Below are positions 49,997 to 57,554 of a stretch of 64,000 bases of DNA, piece after piece. The stretch is from a virus. The position numbers were made by a program, and so were the translations under genes. Below the pieces are notes generated by a model. That model saw only the letters and a list, made by a program, of their open reading frames with translations. It did no database searches and was not told the DNA's origin. The DNA is taken from positions 1 through 64,000 of the IMG/VR virus record IMGVR_UViG_3300022752_000038; one strand, written 5' to 3'. The stretch's first letter is position 1. Every line of letters begins with the position of its first letter.

Positions 49997-50169
49997 TGCG
50001 TAGTGATGATTGGATTTCTAAACTAGCTTTAGAAGAACAATATAAAGATTATTATATAGATGAGAATGGGCGGCGAGTATTTACCGCCCACTTTCATCTT
50101 AAACGTGGATATTGTTGCGGTAATGGATGTCGACATTGTCCATATGAACACGAAAATGTAAAGCGTTAA
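49996..50169 (+). CDS. DUF5522-like Cys-rich small protein (57 aa, not in the ORF track)
   Basis: YYIDENGRRVFTAHFHLKRGYCCGNGCRHCPY; TAATG coupling. Confidence 0.75.
   Translation: MRSDDWISKLALEEQYKDYYIDENGRRVFTAHFHLKRGYCCGNGCRHCPYEHENVKR
50067..50094 (+). terminator. Possible terminator hairpin inside the small ORF
   Basis: TGGGCGG-N10-CCGCCCA followed by CTTT. Confidence 0.35.
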
Positions 50170-50170
50170 A

Positions 50171-50815
50171 ATGCCAGCATTAAATGCTAATCTGCCATAC
50201 ATAGAATGTTTTGTTAGAGAAAAGTATATTAAACCTGACGGTACTGGAATTATGCCAGGTTATATTTTCGGCGTTAAAGCGATGATTAATCGTCCGATGC
50301 ATTTTCATTTCCTTTCTAATATTGGAGCTATCTTTTGGCAGTTACCTATAAGTGCATTTTGTCATAAAGAAGATTACGATACATTGTCAGATATCGAACA
50401 AACTCGTTTACAATTGTTACAGACATGGGATTGTCAGTCTAATAGTATTGCTGTAACTACATTTTCTTTTTTACAAAATAAACGAGTTGATGTACATTGT
50501 CGTGATAACCGTTGGCGTACCGGTAGATATATTTGTACTATAGATGATTATGATGGCGATCCTAACGAACTCAATGTCGGTTATGCCAATGACCAGGATA
50601 GCAAATGTTATCAGTTTATACAATTAGATGACGGTAATTATTGCGTACAACCAAACAATTTGTTACGTTGGCACAACGCTGATTACATTGTTCCATATGA
50701 TATTAACAATGTTCCTAAACTTAAACTCAATAAAGATCGTATGTACAGTGAAGATATTGATCGTACATATGGAAACTCAGCATATTATTTTTATCAACAA
50801 AAAGATCAAAAATAA
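50171..50815 (+). CDS. Hypothetical phage protein
   Basis: LNANLP...VREKY...LPISAF...WDC...QPNN; 214 aa. Confidence 0.6.
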   Translation: MPALNANLPYIECFVREKYIKPDGTGIMPGYIFGVKAMINRPMHFHFLSNIGAIFWQLPISAFCHKEDYDTLSDIEQTRLQLLQTWDCQSNSIAVTTFSFLQNKRVDVHCRDNRWRTGRYICTIDDYDGDPNELNVGYANDQDSKCYQFIQLDDGNYCVQPNNLLRWHNADYIVPYDINNVPKLKLNKDRMYSEDIDRTYGNSAYYFYQQKDQK

Positions 50816-50849
50816 TTTGGATTCGTTGAAAGAAGTACTTATATTAAAG
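50816..50849 (+). promoter_or_regulatory. Early/middle-type promoter TTTG-N18-CTTATATTAAAG
   Basis: Shares TTTGGATTCGT with the 37853 promoter; heads the que cluster. Confidence 0.6.
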
Positions 50850-50864
50850 TAATAATAAAAATAT

Positions 50865-50993
50865 ATGAGTAAGACCAAAGAGTTATTTATGCAGATCCGA
50901 GAACAAGAATTCTACGGATGGGACGCTATCGATGAAAGCTATTTTTACGAACAGTACAAAAAAAGTTTAGAAAATTTGAGCGTTTGCAAATAA
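50865..50993 (+). CDS. Small hypothetical protein (42 aa)
   Basis: MSKTKELFMQIREQEF...; directly after the promoter. Confidence 0.45.
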   Translation: MSKTKELFMQIREQEFYGWDAIDESYFYEQYKKSLENLSVCK

Positions 50994-51027
50994 GTTTATA
51001 TATTTATCTATACAAAAATTAATAATT

Positions 51028-51324
51028 ATGTTTAAATTTAAAGACGTTGAAGTAACATTTGACTTTAAGACATTGCCGCAGTGTGATCAGGAATACCTCC
51101 GTACTATGGCATATGAAACGGTACAAAACAGATCTGTTAAGCATACCGGCTGGACATTTAATGATATGTATTCTGATGCCAGCAATTATACAATGTTTAA
51201 CGACAAAGATTCTATGTGTACTTACATGGACGAATTTAGTGACAATTATGATCATACAGCATCACATTTGTTGCACGGTAAGAAATACTATTTTGCTTGG
51301 ACATATTCAACAAAGAACAGATAA
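51028..51324 (+). CDS. Hypothetical protein
   Basis: 98 aa; coupled to queD by TAATG. Confidence 0.5.
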   Translation: MFKFKDVEVTFDFKTLPQCDQEYLRTMAYETVQNRSVKHTGWTFNDMYSDASNYTMFNDKDSMCTYMDEFSDNYDHTASHLLHGKKYYFAWTYSTKNR

Positions 51325-51800
51325 TGGCTAGATATATTTCGACAAAACTATTCGATAACTATTCGGTAGCAATACGCCAATGGAAAGCTCAGCATTCGCA
51401 TTGCCAGTTGTTACATGGATATGCTTTGAAATTTAAAGTATGGTTTGCTAGTAATGAACCGGACATTGACAATCAATTAGATGATATGAATTGGATTGTA
51501 GACTATGGCGGCTTTAAGACACCGCCTCAAGGTAACGGATTAAAAGATTGGATGGACCATATGTGGGACCATACAACTTTAATTCAAAAGGATGATCCAT
51601 ATGCAGACATCTTTGAACAATTGGGTCAGATGGGTCTGGCTAAGGTACACTTCCTAGAAAAGATGGGTGCTGAAAGTTGTGCTCGTTTAGTATACGAACA
51701 TTTTAATAAAGTGTTATCTAATACCGATGCGGGTCGTTGCAAATGTATTAAAGTAGAGTGTTTTGAAAATGATAAAAATAGTAGTATATACGAAGAATAA
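51324..51800 (+). CDS. queD: 6-carboxy-5,6,7,8-tetrahydropterin synthase (QueD-like)
   Basis: RQWKAQHSHCQLLHGY, WIVDYGG, WDHT, GAE, VECFE; start at ATG 51324. Confidence 0.85.
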   Translation: MARYISTKLFDNYSVAIRQWKAQHSHCQLLHGYALKFKVWFASNEPDIDNQLDDMNWIVDYGGFKTPPQGNGLKDWMDHMWDHTTLIQKDDPYADIFEQLGQMGLAKVHFLEKMGAESCARLVYEHFNKVLSNTDAGRCKCIKVECFENDKNSSIYEE

Positions 51801-51802
51801 TT

Positions 51803-52129
51803 ATGGAAACAGTTGATAAAGTTGTTAGTAGTTTTGTATCAAATGGCATGTATTATACAGTAACTTGCCGGCCTATAGTACCCGAAGATTTTATATCATT
51901 ACGTACTTACTTAGGATATAAACCTTCTCGTGAAATAGCAGAACAAGTTGCACAAGTAGCACGACGATCTAAACAGCCGTTTATTACTGAACATGTAACT
52001 ACTCCAAATTACACAGGCCTTATATTAAAATATTCGCATTCATTTTTACAAGAGTTTTTTACTAGTAAACAACAGCAAGTAACGCAAGTTAATTCTAATA
52101 CTATTGAAGATGACGATTTACCTTTTTAA
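51803..52129 (+). CDS. Hypothetical protein with an SSB-like C-terminal tip
   Basis: Ends in EDDDLPF after a Q/N/T-rich linker. Confidence 0.55.
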   Translation: METVDKVVSSFVSNGMYYTVTCRPIVPEDFISLRTYLGYKPSREIAEQVAQVARRSKQPFITEHVTTPNYTGLILKYSHSFLQEFFTSKQQQVTQVNSNTIEDDDLPF

Positions 52130-52134
52130 CACCT

Positions 52135-52905
52135 ATGGAAAAAATAACAGATTATAATAAAGTATTGCCCATCAATGAATTGTATAGATGTGTGCAAAGT
52201 GAAGGTAGTAGAGCAGGACGTCCTACTATAGCAATCCGTGTAACCGGATGTACCCACCGTTGTTGGTTCGGAGAAGGTGGTTGGTGTGATAGCTGGTATA
52301 GTTCAATACATCCAGAAAAAGGTAAGTTTACTTTTAATGATATTGTGAAAATCTATGATGAAAATCCGCATATCAAAGAAATGATGATCACTGGAGGATC
52401 ACCTACGATGCAACCAGCATTATTAAATAAATTAACTGAATTTGCTTTTAATCGTGGTATTATTACTACTATTGAAACAGAAGGTAGTCATTTTGTACAA
52501 ACAGATTTTCCTATTGATTTAATATCATTGTCACCTAAATTTAGTAACAGTGTTCCTAAATTAGGAATTCAAACTCCTAAAGGTAGTGTAGTAGATCAGC
52601 GGTTTATTGATCAACATAATAAATTTCGTCTCAATGAAGAAGCTATACGTAAAATGATTGCATATCATTCTGATTATCATTATAAGCCGGTATGGGATGG
52701 CTCTATAGAAAATTTACGTGAGATTGAAGAATTTCGAGTAAAATTTGGAATTCCGAAACATAAAACATATATTATGCCTGCAGGCGATACTAGGGAAGCA
52801 TTGATTAAAATGTATCCGTTAGTATTTGATCTATGTGCAGAATATGGATATAATATGACCGGACGTGATCATATTATTGCATTTGATACTCAACGAAATG
52901 TTTAA
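52135..52905 (+). CDS. queE: 7-carboxy-7-deazaguanine synthase (radical SAM)
   Basis: VQSEGSRAGRP..IRVTGCTHRC.......CDS, ITGGSP, IETEG, LSPK. Confidence 0.88.
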   Translation: MEKITDYNKVLPINELYRCVQSEGSRAGRPTIAIRVTGCTHRCWFGEGGWCDSWYSSIHPEKGKFTFNDIVKIYDENPHIKEMMITGGSPTMQPALLNKLTEFAFNRGIITTIETEGSHFVQTDFPIDLISLSPKFSNSVPKLGIQTPKGSVVDQRFIDQHNKFRLNEEAIRKMIAYHSDYHYKPVWDGSIENLREIEEFRVKFGIPKHKTYIMPAGDTREALIKMYPLVFDLCAEYGYNMTGRDHIIAFDTQRNV

Positions 52906-52922
52906 TTTAAAAAGGATAAGTT

Positions 52923-53222
52923 ATGAAAATGAAACCAGTAGGCGACATTGTAGTCGTTCTCGAAAGAGAAAAGCAAGACAAGACTAAAACAGGAATTTTG
53001 CTTATGGAAGGTACAGATAACTATGTACATGCAGATGTAATTGCAGTCGGCGATGGATTGTTTACGCAAACCGGAGATCGTATTCCGATGACAGTTAAAA
53101 TTGGAGATCATGTGTTAATTCATAAAAATGAAGTTTCAAAACATAAGCGTTTATCTATTAATGATAAAGATTATTTAGTGATCCGCGAATCAGAAATTTC
53201 AATAATTAATATCGAACAATAA
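52923..53222 (+). CDS. groES: Co-chaperonin GroES
   Basis: KPVGDIVVV, TKTGILL, VIAVGDG, VKIGD, YLVIRESEI. Confidence 0.92.
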   Translation: MKMKPVGDIVVVLEREKQDKTKTGILLMEGTDNYVHADVIAVGDGLFTQTGDRIPMTVKIGDHVLIHKNEVSKHKRLSINDKDYLVIRESEISIINIEQ

Positions 53223-53923
53223 TGGCTAAAATAATTAATTCAATTGAAACTGTAATGACTGGTTTTGCTAATGGCATATCAACTCAACTAGCAGAAAAAC
53301 AATTGACAGATGGTCCTGATGCATCGCTTTCTAATTATGAAAAGGCAGAGATTATTAACAAAGCTGCTCATCATTTCGGAGAGTTCCTTACAGCATTAGG
53401 AGTTGATTGGGTTAACGATCCCAATTCCAGTGATACGCCCAGACGTGTAGCTAAAGCATATGTAACTGATCTATGGGCCGGTAGATTCAATCCGGCCCCA
53501 TCGATCACTGCATTTCCTAGTGACGGCTATGATGGTATGGTATTTGAAGGTGGTATTCCATTAACAAGTATGTGTAGTCATCATCATCAAACCATAATGG
53601 GTTTGGTACATGTAGCATATATTCCTGGAGACCAAAGCAAGGTGATTGGTTTAAGTAAACTTAATCGTATTGTAGAGCATTTTGGTCGTCGCGGTGCAAT
53701 ACAAGAACAATTGACAGTTGCTATTCATAATGCAGTTGATACTATCATTGAAGATAACAAAGGTGTTGCTGTAATGATTGAAGCTACTCACAATTGTGTT
53801 CAATGCCGAGGTGTTAAACACGGAGGTGCCAGTATGAAGACATCTAAATTGACTGGGGCATTTAAAGATGATCCGTCTACTCGTAACGAGTTTTACGAAT
53901 TCGTAAAAGGTTATAATGACTAA
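53222..53923 (+). CDS. folE: GTP cyclohydrolase I
   Basis: DTPRRVAK, SMCSHH, GLSKLNR, QEQLT, HNCVQCRGV. Confidence 0.95.
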   Translation: MAKIINSIETVMTGFANGISTQLAEKQLTDGPDASLSNYEKAEIINKAAHHFGEFLTALGVDWVNDPNSSDTPRRVAKAYVTDLWAGRFNPAPSITAFPSDGYDGMVFEGGIPLTSMCSHHHQTIMGLVHVAYIPGDQSKVIGLSKLNRIVEHFGRRGAIQEQLTVAIHNAVDTIIEDNKGVAVMIEATHNCVQCRGVKHGGASMKTSKLTGAFKDDPSTRNEFYEFVKGYND

Positions 53924-54431
53924 TAACATGGAAATACTTATACCGGAGTATAAAATTGAACGACGAGTACGTGCCATGGCACATCGACTTTCGGAGGAAC
54001 ATAAGTCTAGTGGTAATTCATTACCACCAGTTATGATATGTGTGTTGAACGGCTCCTTTATGTTTTTTTCTGATCTAGTAAAAGATATGGGAATTGATAT
54101 CGAAGTAGACTTTATACGTCCTAAATCATATCATGGCAAGGATAATTCTTCTGGTGTAACTTTTACTAAGGAATTAGAGATTGACCTTAAAGGTAAAAGG
54201 GTTTATATTATCGAAGATATTGTCGATACTGGTCAGACTATGTTAGAAATTTTACAACGTGTTGATTCACGTATGCCGTCTGAAGTTAAAGTAGTAACTC
54301 TAGTGCATCGAAAAGACAATCCAGTAACTGTAGATCATTTTTGTTTTGAAATAGCAGATGAATGGGTAATTGGGTATGGCTTTGACGATAACGGACTAAA
54401 ACGCAATTATAGAAACATTTATAAAATATAG
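53916..54431 (+). CDS. hpt: Hypoxanthine/guanine phosphoribosyltransferase
   Basis: VLNGSFMFFSDL, SY loop, IIEDIVDTGQT PRPP motif, VIGYGFD. Confidence 0.92.
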   Translation: MTNNMEILIPEYKIERRVRAMAHRLSEEHKSSGNSLPPVMICVLNGSFMFFSDLVKDMGIDIEVDFIRPKSYHGKDNSSGVTFTKELEIDLKGKRVYIIEDIVDTGQTMLEILQRVDSRMPSEVKVVTLVHRKDNPVTVDHFCFEIADEWVIGYGFDDNGLKRNYRNIYKI

Positions 54432-54433
54432 TT

Positions 54434-54589
54434 ATGAAACATCCAGATCCTAAACAACATCAACGTATAAGTTTTCTTAAATCGGCTTTAAGACTTATAG
54501 GTTATTTATTATTACTAACAGAGCCGATCGCTGCCGTTACTATTTTAGTAGCGAGCGAAGGGTTAGGAATTTACGAGGAATTAGTATAA
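54434..54589 (+). CDS. Small membrane protein (51 aa, not in the ORF track)
   Basis: MKHPDPKQHQRISFLKSALRLIGYLLLLTEPIAAVTILVASEGLGIYEELV; coupled to polB by TAATG. Confidence 0.6.
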   Translation: MKHPDPKQHQRISFLKSALRLIGYLLLLTEPIAAVTILVASEGLGIYEELV

Positions 54590-57060
54590 TGTATCAAGCA
54601 GTAGCATATCATCAGAAATCTAATACTGTACATATTTGGGATGATGTTAAAGGTCATCTACAAATTAAATACAAGCCTTATGCATACCGCAAAGCGGCAT
54701 ACGGAAAGTTTGTAGCATTAGATGGGACATTACTTAATAAAGTTACAGATCACGAAAAAGACGAGCAAGGCTTGTATGAATCAGATATCAATCCAGAGAC
54801 ACGTACATTAATAGATATGTATACTGATTCAGATGATTTATCTACAGGACACCGTACTATTTTTATTGATATTGAGGTTGATATTGCTAACGGATTTTCT
54901 ACGGCTGAAGATGCATATAATGAGATTACATCAATTGCTATCTATGATCAAGCAAATGATACGCGCCATGTTTGGATATTAGATAAGGCACGTGAAGTGC
55001 AGTCAACAGACATGATTCAGTCTTGTAGTGATGAATACGAACTATTGCAAAAGTTTTTATATAGGTATCAAATAATTCAACCGACTATTATAACTGGATG
55101 GAATATTGATTTCTTCGATATACCGTATTTGTATAATCGTATGGTACGAGTGTTAGGAGAAAATAAAGCTCGACAATTGTCGCCTATCAAAGACGTTATT
55201 TGGCTTAAGCATCGTAACCGATATCGTATATCAGGAGTTGCTTGTTTAGATTATATGGCATTGTATAAAAACTTTACATATTCAGAAGAGTCTAGTTATT
55301 CATTAGAAGCTATTTCGCAGAAAGAATTAGGTAAAGGTAAAATTAAATACGACGGCAATCTAAACGATTTGATGCATGCTGATATACAAAAGTATATTGA
55401 CTATAACATGAATGACGTAGATCTGGTAGTTGATATTGATCGTAAAATGAAATTGATTGATTTAGCCCGTGGTATTTGTCATAAAGGTCATGTGCCATAT
55501 GAAGATGTTTATTTTTCTACTAGATATCTAGACGGAGCTTCATTGACCTATTTAAAACGTTTAGGTTTAGTGGCTCCTAGTAAAAAAATACGTGAATCAG
55601 ATGCTCCATTAGAATTGCTAGGAGCGTATGTAAAAGACCCGGATCCGGGTCGTTATAAATGGATATACGACCTTGACTTAACATCTTTGTATCCTAGTAT
55701 CATTATGACACTTGGCATTTCGCCCGAAACAAAAATGTTTAAACTAGACAAATTTGACGGCATTGAATATGTTAAAGATAAAGGCACGCATTATTCTTGT
55801 AAAGGAAATGGATGGGCAACTGCTCAAGAACTACGTAATTATCTTACAGAAAATCAATATTCAATTGCAGCTAACGGAGTTGTGTATGATACTAAAACAA
55901 AAGGATTTATTCCGTCTATTCTAGAAAAATGGTTTGCAGAGCGTGTAGAGTATAAGAATCTCAAAAAGAAATATGAAAAGGAAGGCGATGCTGCAAAGGC
56001 AGAATATTTTGATAGGTTGCAGTTAGTTACTAAAATTCTTTTGAATTCATTCTACGGCGTACTAGGAAATCCAGGATTTAGATTTTTTGATCCGGATAAT
56101 GCCGTAGCTATTACTAGTACTGGACAGCAACTAATTAAGTTTACTGCTGATATCGGTAATCAATACTACAAGAAAGAATTAGGAGCTGAAAAAGATTATT
56201 GTATTTATACGGATACAGACTCGACATTCTTTTCTTCTTTACCTATTATAGAAAAACGATTTCCTCAATTTGATATTACAGATGAAAAATGGATGGCCGA
56301 ACGTACTATTGAAATTGCTAATGAAGTACAGGCGTTTATCAACAAATCGTATAATGTCTATGCTGATAAGTTTCATAATGTGCAGAGCCATCGCTTTGAT
56401 ATTAAACAAGAATTTGTAGCTAAGGCTGGTATATGGATTGCCAAAAAGCGTTATGCACAATGGCTTATTAATCAGGAAGGGCATACAATATCACGATTGG
56501 ATGTAAAAGGACTAGACGTTGTTCGATCTAGCTTCCCCCCCGCATTTCGTAAGTTTATGGCCGAAGTACTCAAAGATATTTTAAATGATATTGATAAAGA
56601 AACACTAGACAATAAGATTCTTAAATTTAAAGATCATATGAAAACATTGCCGGTATTAGATGTAATGGCACCTACTAGTGTAAAAGAATTATCTAAATTT
56701 ACAACTAAGAAAGCAGCTCCATTTGCTCCTAGACCTAAAGGTACGCCAGTGCATGTTAAGGCAGCGTTAAACTATAATGACTTGTTAAAATATTACAAGA
56801 TTAAATCTATTCGTGAAATTATTGACGGGGAAAAGATTAAATGGACTTATCTACGTACTAATCCGTTAAACTTGGAGCAGTGTGCATTTAAAGGCTATGA
56901 CGATCCAGCACAAATTGTAGAGTTAGTAACAACTTATATAGATTATGATAAAATCTTTATATCGTCATTGTATAATAAGTTGTCTGACTTTTATGAGGCA
57001 ATGAATTGGGGACGAGTGCCTGAGAATAACAATATTGGAAAATTCTTTTCATTTTCTTAG
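54589..57060 (+). CDS. gp43: Family B DNA polymerase (T4 gp43-like)
   Basis: Exonuclease DIE, GWNIDFFD, YNMND; polymerase DLTSLYPSII, KILLNSFYG, YTDTDS. Confidence 0.96.
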   Translation: MYQAVAYHQKSNTVHIWDDVKGHLQIKYKPYAYRKAAYGKFVALDGTLLNKVTDHEKDEQGLYESDINPETRTLIDMYTDSDDLSTGHRTIFIDIEVDIANGFSTAEDAYNEITSIAIYDQANDTRHVWILDKAREVQSTDMIQSCSDEYELLQKFLYRYQIIQPTIITGWNIDFFDIPYLYNRMVRVLGENKARQLSPIKDVIWLKHRNRYRISGVACLDYMALYKNFTYSEESSYSLEAISQKELGKGKIKYDGNLNDLMHADIQKYIDYNMNDVDLVVDIDRKMKLIDLARGICHKGHVPYEDVYFSTRYLDGASLTYLKRLGLVAPSKKIRESDAPLELLGAYVKDPDPGRYKWIYDLDLTSLYPSIIMTLGISPETKMFKLDKFDGIEYVKDKGTHYSCKGNGWATAQELRNYLTENQYSIAANGVVYDTKTKGFIPSILEKWFAERVEYKNLKKKYEKEGDAAKAEYFDRLQLVTKILLNSFYGVLGNPGFRFFDPDNAVAITSTGQQLIKFTADIGNQYYKKELGAEKDYCIYTDTDSTFFSSLPIIEKRFPQFDITDEKWMAERTIEIANEVQAFINKSYNVYADKFHNVQSHRFDIKQEFVAKAGIWIAKKRYAQWLINQEGHTISRLDVKGLDVVRSSFPPAFRKFMAEVLKDILNDIDKETLDNKILKFKDHMKTLPVLDVMAPTSVKELSKFTTKKAAPFAPRPKGTPVHVKAALNYNDLLKYYKIKSIREIIDGEKIKWTYLRTNPLNLEQCAFKGYDDPAQIVELVTTYIDYDKIFISSLYNKLSDFYEAMNWGRVPENNNIGKFFSFS

Positions 57061-57089
57061 GTTTTAAGTATAGTTGTACTTATATTAAC
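57057..57089 (+). promoter_or_regulatory. Early/middle-type promoter TTAG-N18-CTTATATTAAC
   Basis: Recurrent motif; heads the ORF-glycosyltransferase-TGT-clamp run. Confidence 0.55.
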
Positions 57090-57104
57090 ATTAAATAATA
57101 AGTT

Positions 57105-57554
57105 ATGATAGGACATAGAAAACATTGGTACGGCAAAGAAGTCGAAGGTCGATATACAGACTTAGAGACATTGTTTATAGCAGATTTAACAGATATTGCG
57201 ACTGACGGTATAACATCGTTAGGTAAAATTCCGGCGCACATTTATTTATGCGCTCCAGCTGTTCGACAGTTGATCAACGGCATTGATGGCTTTAGTTGGG
57301 AAACAATTTTATCTTTGAAAGATGATAATACGTTTTTTACATTAGAAGTAAATGAAGATATGTTAGGGCTTACGCCGCCCATTGTTAGAATACATTGTCA
57401 TATGCTGTTAATGTTTAATTGTTATGATGCTCGTTTGTTAAAGAAAACGGATAGTATTAAAATAGTTTATGATGATTATTCATTATATACATCTACCGTG
57501 CATAATATGCAGCACGTAACTCCCGATGATTATAAATTCGATCGATATGAATAA
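57105..57554 (+). CDS. Hypothetical protein of the modification operon
   Basis: 149 aa, WYGKEVEGRY...TLFI; overlaps the glycosyltransferase start. Confidence 0.6.
   Translation: MIGHRKHWYGKEVEGRYTDLETLFIADLTDIATDGITSLGKIPAHIYLCAPAVRQLINGIDGFSWETILSLKDDNTFFTLEVNEDMLGLTPPIVRIHCHMLLMFNCYDARLLKKTDSIKIVYDDYSLYTSTVHNMQHVTPDDYKFDRYE

Noticed and set aside
4818-57060. Inteins or introns in terminase, helicase, RNR or PolB
   Set aside because: ORFs are of normal length with contiguous motifs; no splicing or LAGLIDADG/HNH signatures seen.
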